NCBI GenBank assembly: GCA_963774265.1
Contig: CAVZDU010000005.1
Location: 352,001-416,000 of the forward strand
From: an uncultured Chloroflexia bacterium
Lineage (GTDB): Bacteria; Chloroflexota; Anaerolineae; CG2-30-64-16
Direction: 5' to 3'
Length of the DNA: 64,000 bases
A model generated the notes under the pieces. That model was given only the letters and a program-made list of their open reading frames with translations, did no database searches and was not told the origin of the DNA. This document shows, piece after piece, positions 11,401-18,809 of the stretch. The position numbers and the translations under genes are program-made. How positions within the stretch are numbered: the stretch's first letter is position 1; each line of letters starts with the position of its first letter.

Positions 11401-13622
11401 CGTCACCTGCGGAGTTGTGCGGGACCCACCTGGCCACGGCGCACCTGGATGGGACGGCCAAGATTTGGAACACCTCCTTTGCTCGCGAATTGCTCACGGT
11501 GGCCGCGCCCTCCGCCTCCGCGGTAGCGGTCAGCCCAGGCGGCGCTCGCCTGGCCACCGGCCTGCCGGATGGAACGGTGCAGGTGCGGGATGTCGCAAGC
11601 CCACCTGGCGCCGGTGAGGTCGCCGGCAGGCTGCTTATGGCATGGCACGCGCATGACGGAAGGATCACAGCCCTGGCCTTCAGCCCGGACGGGGAGCAGC
11701 TCGCGACAGCGGGAGAAGACAAGGCGGTGATCCTGTGGGACCCGGCCACCGGGGCGAAGCTCCGCGCACTGGCTGGCCAGGCCGGCCAGGTCCTCGCGGT
11801 CGTCTTCAGCCCAGGCGGCGAGCGCTTGGCCACCATTGGCAGGGATCAAGCCGTCAGGGTGTGGGATGTTGCCTCCGGTCGGCTGTTGCAGACGCTGCCC
11901 CTCTCCACCTGGGGCTCTGCTGTCGCCTTCAACCAGGACGCAACGCGTGTCGCGGCGGGCTTGAACGATGGGACGGCGAAGGTCTGGGATGTAGCGGCGG
12001 GCGACGAAGTCCTGGTGGCGCGCGGTCACGCGGGTGGGGTCTGGGGCGTCGCCTTCAGCCCGGCGCCACCGCCGTCAGGCGGCGCCGGTACAGGTGGCGG
12101 CGCCGCTGGCGAGCTCCTGGCCACCGCCGGCAACGATGGGACAGCCAAGGTGTGGGATGCCGCGCCCCCTGGAGATGGCGCCCACACTGCCAGGGAGCTA
12201 CTCACGTTGGCCGGTCACAACGGCCCGGTCAACGGCATCGCGTTCAGCCCGGCGCCACCAGGCGGCGGCACAGGTGGACTGCTCCTGGCCACTGCGGGCC
12301 AGGATGGAACGGCGAAGCTCTGGGATGCCCGCACCGGCCGGGAGGTGCTTACCCTGTACGGCCAGGCCGATGCGGTAGCTGCCGTCGGCTTTGCCTCAGG
12401 CTGCGAGGAGGCCGGGTGCCGGCCACAACTGTTCACGACGAGCGTCAACGGGATCGTGCGCGCCTATCTGCTGCAGATCGAAGACCTGATGGACCTGGCT
12501 GCCGCGCGCCTGACGCGCTCCCTGACGCCTGCGGAGTGCCGGCAGTACCTGCACCTGATGCTCGAGCAGTGTGGTGACGAGGCTACGGCGGTGACCGCAC
12601 CCGCGACCAGCGCGGCAGCAGCGCCGGTTTCCGTGCTGCCCACTCAGGCGGGGCCCGCCCGCGATAGCATTCAGGGCTTCAAGGTTTGCGAAGTAACCGA
12701 CTCGAGCGGCGTGAACGACGGCTTCTACAACCAGGGCGCCTTCCGGGGCATGCAGGATGCCGCGGCCAGGTTGGGATTGTCGTACGCGGTTCTCGAATCA
12801 CAGCAGCCGGCGGACTATGAGATCAACATCGCTAAGGCGGTCGAGTCCGGTTGCCATCTCATTGTGGCGCCGATCGGGAGCTATTTCGGGGAAATCATCA
12901 AGGCTGCGGCTGCCGGCAATCCCGATCGCAAGTTTCTGACCGTGGAGTGGGCCGAGGTCGTGCCGCAGGATAATGTCTGGGTGCAAACGTACGCGGTCGA
13001 CCAGGCAGGCTTCCTCGCCGGCTATCTCGCGGCCGCGGTTACGAAGACCGGTAAGGTGGGGACATTTGGCGGCGTTGATTTTCCCCCGGTGACCGACTTC
13101 CTGGACGGGTTCAGCCTGGGCGTGGCCCACTACAACGAACAGCACCGGGCGCAGGTCCAGGTGCTCGGGTGGGACGTCCAAAGGCGCGACGGCCTGTTCG
13201 CCGACAGCTTTACGGACACGCGCCTGGGCCGCCAGATCGGCGTCCGGTTGATGGATGAGGGTGCGGACATTCTCCTGCCGGTGGCGGGGTCTGTCGGCAT
13301 GGGGACTGCGGCGGCGATCAAGGAGCGCGGGAACGCCTATCTCATCGGCGTGGATACCGATTGGGCGCTGACTGCTGCTGAGTACGCGGACATCGTGCTG
13401 ACCAGCATCGAGAAACGCGTGGATGTGAGCGTGGCGTCTGCGGTCGAGGATCTGGCGGCCGGCACGTTCACTGGAGGCCCGCACCTCGGCACGCTGGAGA
13501 ACGGCGGCGTCAGCATCGCGCCCTTCCACGGCCTGGATGGCCTGGTCACACTGGAGATCAAGGCCGAGCTGGCGCAGGTCAAGGCCGGCATCATCGCGGG
13601 TGAGATCAAGACGAAGCCATAA
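8451..13622 (+). CDS. Membrane-spanning XRE-HTH / STAND NTPase / WD40 / BMP-family substrate-binding fusion
   Basis: FGDLLRYLRRRAGLTQLELS HTH; CPYKGL, GASGSGKSS, VVDQFEELF, PGALPLL, EVAHEAL; TM AVFLAGAFTVALAMAFVTLYFG; about 14 WD repeats; BMP motifs ND.FYNQ, IGVDTD, LTSIEKRVD. Confidence 0.9.
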   Translation: MPAIPSGTLEKFTTFGDLLRYLRRRAGLTQLELSIAVNYSDAQISRLEQNLRLPDIPTIEARFVSALGLEDEPKAVARLLELAANVRREDAPGPGLCPYKGLDCYEETDADLFVGRETLTAKLIERVLTLSSGPMTGPSRFLAIIGASGSGKSSLVRAGLAPALRWNRVSAGWPIHVFTPTAHPLESLAASLTHDAGSVAATASLMDDLAQEPRSLGLFSRRVLKLSGASHLALVVDQFEELFTLCRSDDERSMFIDNLLTAASETDGRVVVVITLRADFYSYCADYPQLREALAGQQEYIGAMDATELRRAIEEPARRGRWDLEPGLVDLLLRDAGQEPGALPLLSHALWETWQRRRGRTLTLSGYTSSGGVRGAIAETAESVFADQFTAEQRKIARRIFLRLTELGDETATGDTRRRATFDELIAKPDEAAVTQSVLTILADARLITTSEHSAEVAHEALIREWPTLRGWLTENRESLRLHRNLADAALEWLKAGREPDLLYRGARLFQAREWAAAYDEELNAQEREFLAASSSLSEREVAEREEQRQRELVAAQKLADAERQRAEEQSCYAAQLRKRAVFLAGAFTVALAMAFVTLYFGSQARQAAAAAQNERRIGFSRELAAEAINNLAVDPELSILLAMQAVSVTYAQDRTETAEAEDALRRGLLASRARLTLSPSGSKGRAWAVAFSPAPPGGGTDGELLAAASDDGTAHIWSAATGHELLVLPTNATRGHQGIAFSPAPPGGGTGGTRLLTAGEMGLAKVWDAETGAALLNLIGHTNWVTGVAFSPDGRRLATASEDRTARIWDAVTGQPLLVLTGHTAEVSDVAFSPDGTRVATAGADGIAIVWDAASGERLLTLSGHTNGVVAIAFSPARPGGGTDGARLATAGDDGTARLWDATGRLLLTLRGHTDAVSDVAFSPDGRRLATAGVDGRVKLWDAATGQELLTLSGPSGAVSGLAFSPDCPTPAGDAAQDQLGASSPAELCGTHLATAHLDGTAKIWNTSFARELLTVAAPSASAVAVSPGGARLATGLPDGTVQVRDVASPPGAGEVAGRLLMAWHAHDGRITALAFSPDGEQLATAGEDKAVILWDPATGAKLRALAGQAGQVLAVVFSPGGERLATIGRDQAVRVWDVASGRLLQTLPLSTWGSAVAFNQDATRVAAGLNDGTAKVWDVAAGDEVLVARGHAGGVWGVAFSPAPPPSGGAGTGGGAAGELLATAGNDGTAKVWDAAPPGDGAHTARELLTLAGHNGPVNGIAFSPAPPGGGTGGLLLATAGQDGTAKLWDARTGREVLTLYGQADAVAAVGFASGCEEAGCRPQLFTTSVNGIVRAYLLQIEDLMDLAAARLTRSLTPAECRQYLHLMLEQCGDEATAVTAPATSAAAAPVSVLPTQAGPARDSIQGFKVCEVTDSSGVNDGFYNQGAFRGMQDAAARLGLSYAVLESQQPADYEINIAKAVESGCHLIVAPIGSYFGEIIKAAAAGNPDRKFLTVEWAEVVPQDNVWVQTYAVDQAGFLAGYLAAAVTKTGKVGTFGGVDFPPVTDFLDGFSLGVAHYNEQHRAQVQVLGWDVQRRDGLFADSFTDTRLGRQIGVRLMDEGADILLPVAGSVGMGTAAAIKERGNAYLIGVDTDWALTAAEYADIVLTSIEKRVDVSVASAVEDLAAGTFTGGPHLGTLENGGVSIAPFHGLDGLVTLEIKAELAQVKAGIIAGEIKTKP

Positions 13623-13661
13623 GATGGACGCGCGGACGGGATTCGTGACCGCCCACTATAG

Positions 13662-13693
13662 TCACGCACCGCTTGGGTTGCGGCGGTGCGTGA
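13662..13693. terminator. Hairpin between convergent genes
   Basis: TCACGCACCGC / GCGGTGCGTGA 11-bp arms. Confidence 0.5.
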
Positions 13694-13711
13694 AATCGCC
13701 GACGGGTGCAT

Positions 13712-16700
13712 TCACGGGACGTTCCGCGCGATGAAGGGCAGATATTGTGACTGCGTGGCTTGTGTGAAGTAGCGCCCTCGATTGTCAGCGACCGCCACAT
13801 TCCCAGCGCCGTCCACTGCTTGTATGAAGTAGGCCAGGCCAAATTGAGCGGGCAGTGAACCTTCCCATATCTTCGGATCCTGGCGCGGCGCTAGCTCGAC
13901 GGCCTGCCATATGCCGTCACCAACCGTGTAGGTCGCCACGACCCGAACGACCCCGGAGAAGTCCGTTACATCCACCAGCACGGTTGTCGAAGCGTCGCCC
14001 TGCTGCTGATCGCGCACGGCCCAGATGCTGGGCGGGATGACATCGCCGGACGCGGAATAATAGACCATGTACGTCATTTCGTTGAACAGCCGCTCTACCC
14101 CCTGCGTCGCGCCGATCGCCTGGTATTGTGCAGGGATCAAGATCAATCGCTGGAGCAGGCCTTCGGGCGCGCGCACCGTATTGATCACGCCCCAGGATGA
14201 CGGTGTCCAGACCCTTGTGTCGAAGCCGGGATCGATCGCGGCGCCAACGCTGCGCGTGTCGTCGCTGGTCGGCTGCGTAAGCACAGGGGAGAACATGGCG
14301 TGGGTCTCGTAGCGCCCCCCCTCGAACAGTGTCCCGCGCGCCACCGTGCCCGCCAATGTGACACTGATCCCGGTGCGCGGCTGGATCGGCTGGCCCGGCG
14401 CCACCTGCGTTTCACCGCCGATGCTGTAGTAAGTCCGCGTTGTGTCGCCTGAAGATACCGTGTTGGGCGCATCATAGTTCGGCGCCACCAGCACCCGGCG
14501 GCAGATCAGACCCTCAGGGCAATTCTCGGCCTCGCTCGGTTGTCCGGCGGCGATATCGCCGCGACCGTGTCGCGCGATCGTGTCGGTCGTCGCGGCAGCC
14601 GCCGCGCCCGGCATCTGCACGCGATACATAGGCAGTCCATACAGGGTGGCTACGGCCAACACCTTTTCGTCGTAGGGTGTCAGCGAATGGACGCCGACCG
14701 AGTTGAAGTATTCGATCTCAGCCCCGCGTAACGCCTGGCCCACTGCGCCATCCGCCCGCAGGTGCTGGGCAAAGAGCGTCATCAATCGTTCCGAGTAACC
14801 GATGGCATTGGCGTCCCCGTAGCCATATCCCGTGTTGGCGAGGTATGTGACGCCCTTCCCCACGAGCGCCTGTGCGAAATCGAGCTGGTGGGCAGTGGCC
14901 TGCTCGTCGGGCACGGGGAGGCCGGAGTGGCAGCCCACGGAGAAGACCACGGTGCCAGAGAGTTGGCTGCTTGCGCGCACCTGCTCGGGATCCAGATCCC
15001 CCCCGGCGCCCTCGGCCGGGAGGGCGTGCCAGTGCTCGAAATGCGCGTTGATCGAGCTCAGGTCGTGACGGTCATCCAGCCATTTGGCCTTTAGCGCGGC
15101 CGCCTGCCAGGAGTCGTTGATCAGGCTGGTGTCGGTGTCCAGGCCGGCGCTCTGCATCGCGTCCGCCACAGCACGGGCCTGATCCTTGAGAAAGTCGTAG
15201 CCGACGGCCAGCCCGGTCTGCGCGGCGAGAACCGGCTGCTGCAGGAAGACATCGATCGCCGCGGCGATCTCTTCCGGGGTCTCCACGAGCCGGCCGATGG
15301 CGTAGTCGGGCAGGGTCAGCTCTCGCCCGCGCCAGGAGAACGGGGAGAACCCGGCGTAGTAGGTATCACTCAGGAAGTAGCGCCCCCGTAAGCTGGCGCC
15401 CAGGGGAGAGTCGTCAGCCAGGAAAGCGTGGTAGTCCTCTTCGTTGGCCACCGGCACCTCGTCGGGGATGCGACGGAAAGGCACCACTTCATCATCCCCG
15501 GCGATCACCAGGTTCTCCAGATCGGGATAGGCGGGGCGGAGCGCTGACAGCAGGGCCTTGATCGCGGCCGCGACCAGGTTGGCGTGCGCCGGATCGGACC
15601 GGCTACCATCCCACAGCCCGTAGACGGCCCTGACTGGGCCGTATGTGTTCAGGTCGATTACCTCGCCGGCAACCTGGGGATGCCGCGCCAGCTCACCGAG
15701 TTTATCCAGAAGCGCTTGTGTCCGCGCAACGCCGTAGCGTGCCTTGAGCCGCGTCCCGTTGGTCAGGATCAGCGTCTTGACCCCCCCGTGCGCGGCGTCC
15801 GGCGCCGCGAAGACCGGCGGCTGAAACCCGGGGTCCAACACCGCCTGGCCTTGTGTCACAGTGATCGCCAGGGTGTAGGCGTGCTGGGGATCGTTGGCGC
15901 CGTTGTGGCCGGCCACCAGCAGGTGATACCAGCCGCTCTGGTCCCAGACGTCCGTGCCGACCGTCTCCGATTGGACGCCGGTGCGGCAACTGGCGCGCAG
16001 CAAGGCGCCGGTGTCTGCCGCCAGGCCCACGCCGGCCACCTGCCCCAGGTACGTCGGTGAGCAGCTCTCGCCGCTCCCCAACTCGCCGGGGATGCCCTGC
16101 AGGTTCCCGATCCCCTGGAGGTTGCCGATGCCTTGCAGGTTCCCGACGCCACCGGGCGAGGCCCCCGGGGCTTGCTCCAGTCCGCCAAACAAGAACGCAT
16201 CGTAGTCCTGCGGCAGGGCGCTCAGTGTGGCGGTGATCGCCGCGTTGCGGGCACCCACCGGGATGCGGAACCACTGCGGATCTCGCTCGCCGGAGATGGT
16301 GAAGTGATGAACGCCGGGCACCAGAACGGGTGCGGTGAGCCAGGCGTCCTTCGCACCGGGGTCCGTGCGCCAGTTGAGCACGTTCACGTCGCCGCTGACC
16401 GCATCGCCCGCGCCGGCCGGGTTGCCCGGCGTATGTGGCCCCGTGGCGCTGCCCCACCAGGCGCCGGACGCGTCGATGGGACTGTCGCTGCCGTTTTCGA
16501 TCGCGAACCCGCCGTTGCCCGCCAGCGAGTTGCCCACAAGTGTCAGGGCGCCGCCGCGCGCCAGGATGCCGTCCTCCCGGCTGGCGGCGATGGTGCTGGA
16601 GATGACGTTGAGCGTGCCTCCATCCTGCGTGATGCCGTTTGCCGCGAACTCGACGCTGGTGTAGCTCAGCGAACCGGTGCTGCCGGCTGAGAATGAGAGC

Positions 16701-18787
16701 CCTTTCCAATCACCCGGCAGGGGCGCTGCGAAGCGCCCGGCGCTGGTGAAACGGACCGGGCCTGTTTCACTCCCAATGGCCACCAGCACTCCGGCGATCT
16801 GGGCGCCCCGGCCGAAGTCGAACTGTACGTTCACGCCCGGCGCCAGCGTCCACGTCCGGCCGGCCGGTACGGAGATGTCGTCGCTGACAACGCGGTAGGT
16901 GTCCAGGTCGCCCTGGGGTGTCCACGTCTCGTCGCGCTCACCGACTGTTCCGCCGGTCACCTGAACGACGTTCTCGCCGTTGGCCGAGAAACGGTTGTCC
17001 ACCAGGGGATTCCCCAGGGTCAGCCGAGCCGCCAGGCCGCCTTGATTAGAGATCGTGTTCTTTTGGAAGACGTTGCCGGTGCAATTCGACAGTAGCTCCA
17101 GCCCAACCGTGCGGTTGAACTCGATCAGGTTGCCGGCCGCGGCATCGGCCCCGCCAATCTGGTTGTTCGCGGCGTCATCCAGCCTGATGCCGGCGTTGTT
17201 CGGGACCGGCTTGGCGCCGGACGCGTCCGCCCCGATGCGATTGCCCGCGATCTGGTTGCCTGTTACGAGGAAATCCGATCCTTTGAGCACGATTCCTTCG
17301 CCTCGGTTGCCGCTAATCAGGTTGCCAGCCGTACCCGTGCCGACGATATTGTCGCTGGCGCCGCCGTGGAGCTTCACGCCCGCGAGGGCGTTCGGCACAG
17401 CATGGCTGCCCGTGACGTCGGTGCCGATATAGTTGCCCAGCACCTGGTTACCCGATGTGCCGGGCGATTCGAGGGCCAGGCCGTTGCTCCCGTTGCCGCT
17501 GATGACATTGCGTTCTGCTGGCGTTTGTCCGCCTATCACGTTGTCGGCACTGCCGAGGTGAATGAAGATCCCATCGTCGCCGTTTCCGAGAGCTGCCTGG
17601 CCCGCGGCATCGACGCCAATCCGGTTGCCCGCCACCACGTTGCCCGCCGCGCCTGGATTTTGGATCGAGATGCCGTTGCCCTGATTGCCGCTGATCAGAT
17701 TGGCCGCGCCGTAGCCCGTTCCGCCGATCATGTTCTGGCCCGCGCTGCCGAGGTGGATGCCATCCCCGCCGTTTGGCAACATGTCCGTGCCCGTGGCATT
17801 GGCCCCGATGATGTTGCCCGCGACCCGGTTGTGTTCCGCGCCGGTTTCCTGGATCCAGACGCCGCTCTGGATGTTACCGCTGATAAGATTGCCCGCGCCA
17901 GCCTCGCCGATCACGTTGTGGTCCGCATCGGAGACCAGGATTCCATGTCCCTGGTTGCCGAGCGAGGCGCGGCCCGTCGCATCGGCGCCGATGATGTTGT
18001 CCAGGACGCGATTGGCGGACGTGCCACTGATTTGGATGCGGACGCCGTCCTGCCGGTTGCCGCTGATCAGGTTGCCTTCCACCACGTTCTCATTAGCGCC
18101 GTCGCTGATAATCACGCCGTTTTGTCCGTTTGCCATGGCGCGCAGGCCTGCCAGGTCGGCGCCGATGATGTTGCCCAGCACGCGGTTAGCCGAGGTGCCG
18201 GTGTCTTGGATGAGGACTCCATCCTCCCGGTTGGCGCTGATGAGGTTGCCCTGTCCCAGGGGCGCCGCGCCGATAGTTCGCGATCCACCGATGACGGCAT
18301 TTCGCGCGCCGTCGGTCAACGCGATGCCATAACGCGGGAAGTTCAGGACTTGCAGCCCGCGAACTGTCACGCCCTCGGCGCCCTTGATGCTGAGGCCGGA
18401 GCTGTACTGCGCCCCGCTCCCCTCCAGGATCACGCCGGCGTTGCTGGCGTCGACTGTCAGTGACCCGGCCGTGATCACGGGAAGCCCGCTCTGCAAGGAG
18501 ATCGTCATGGGAGCTGAAGGAGGGAACACCGCGGGGTCGAACGTGATGACGTCGCCTGCCTGCGCATCGGTGAGCGCCGCGCGCAGCGTGCCCAACCCGC
18601 CGTCAGCCGGGCTGGTGACGACGACGCTGCGCGCGGCCGGCGCCAGGACCTGGCCCACGATAGACTGGGGCGGCGCAAAGCCTAGCGCCAGGAGGACGAC
18701 GAAGACGATGCGCAGGCAGGGGAGCCCTGCGTATCCGCTTTTCGTTCGTGAACGCTGCGCCACGGTGGTGGTTCTCCTGGCAGCCAT
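13712..18787 (-). CDS. Secreted parallel beta-helix repeat protein with a C25 (gingipain-like, clan CD) peptidase domain
   Basis: N-terminal hydrophobic signal; GNLISGN/GN.IG.D repeats; IAGDDEVVPF, SD.YYA, AIGRLVET, INAHF, SVGCHSG, LYGLP; ends QYLPFIARNVP. Confidence 0.8.
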   Translation of the reverse strand: MAARRTTTVAQRSRTKSGYAGLPCLRIVFVVLLALGFAPPQSIVGQVLAPAARSVVVTSPADGGLGTLRAALTDAQAGDVITFDPAVFPPSAPMTISLQSGLPVITAGSLTVDASNAGVILEGSGAQYSSGLSIKGAEGVTVRGLQVLNFPRYGIALTDGARNAVIGGSRTIGAAPLGQGNLISANREDGVLIQDTGTSANRVLGNIIGADLAGLRAMANGQNGVIISDGANENVVEGNLISGNRQDGVRIQISGTSANRVLDNIIGADATGRASLGNQGHGILVSDADHNVIGEAGAGNLISGNIQSGVWIQETGAEHNRVAGNIIGANATGTDMLPNGGDGIHLGSAGQNMIGGTGYGAANLISGNQGNGISIQNPGAAGNVVAGNRIGVDAAGQAALGNGDDGIFIHLGSADNVIGGQTPAERNVISGNGSNGLALESPGTSGNQVLGNYIGTDVTGSHAVPNALAGVKLHGGASDNIVGTGTAGNLISGNRGEGIVLKGSDFLVTGNQIAGNRIGADASGAKPVPNNAGIRLDDAANNQIGGADAAAGNLIEFNRTVGLELLSNCTGNVFQKNTISNQGGLAARLTLGNPLVDNRFSANGENVVQVTGGTVGERDETWTPQGDLDTYRVVSDDISVPAGRTWTLAPGVNVQFDFGRGAQIAGVLVAIGSETGPVRFTSAGRFAAPLPGDWKGLSFSAGSTGSLSYTSVEFAANGITQDGGTLNVISSTIAASREDGILARGGALTLVGNSLAGNGGFAIENGSDSPIDASGAWWGSATGPHTPGNPAGAGDAVSGDVNVLNWRTDPGAKDAWLTAPVLVPGVHHFTISGERDPQWFRIPVGARNAAITATLSALPQDYDAFLFGGLEQAPGASPGGVGNLQGIGNLQGIGNLQGIPGELGSGESCSPTYLGQVAGVGLAADTGALLRASCRTGVQSETVGTDVWDQSGWYHLLVAGHNGANDPQHAYTLAITVTQGQAVLDPGFQPPVFAAPDAAHGGVKTLILTNGTRLKARYGVARTQALLDKLGELARHPQVAGEVIDLNTYGPVRAVYGLWDGSRSDPAHANLVAAAIKALLSALRPAYPDLENLVIAGDDEVVPFRRIPDEVPVANEEDYHAFLADDSPLGASLRGRYFLSDTYYAGFSPFSWRGRELTLPDYAIGRLVETPEEIAAAIDVFLQQPVLAAQTGLAVGYDFLKDQARAVADAMQSAGLDTDTSLINDSWQAAALKAKWLDDRHDLSSINAHFEHWHALPAEGAGGDLDPEQVRASSQLSGTVVFSVGCHSGLPVPDEQATAHQLDFAQALVGKGVTYLANTGYGYGDANAIGYSERLMTLFAQHLRADGAVGQALRGAEIEYFNSVGVHSLTPYDEKVLAVATLYGLPMYRVQMPGAAAAATTDTIARHGRGDIAAGQPSEAENCPEGLICRRVLVAPNYDAPNTVSSGDTTRTYYSIGGETQVAPGQPIQPRTGISVTLAGTVARGTLFEGGRYETHAMFSPVLTQPTSDDTRSVGAAIDPGFDTRVWTPSSWGVINTVRAPEGLLQRLILIPAQYQAIGATQGVERLFNEMTYMVYYSASGDVIPPSIWAVRDQQQGDASTTVLVDVTDFSGVVRVVATYTVGDGIWQAVELAPRQDPKIWEGSLPAQFGLAYFIQAVDGAGNVAVADNRGRYFTQATQSQYLPFIARNVP
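16091..16144 (-). repeat. 3 x 18-bp in-frame tandem repeat encoding GNLQGI
   Basis: GNLQGIGNLQGIGNLQGI; copies differ at synonymous positions. Confidence 0.85.
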
Positions 18788-18809
18788 AGGTCCCTCCCAA
18801 AGCGTGCAT

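Noticed and set aside
10500-12400. Repeated GCCTTCAGCCCGG as a DGR template/variable repeat or array
   Set aside because: These are WD40 coding repeats. There is no reverse transcriptase and no adenine-specific variation.
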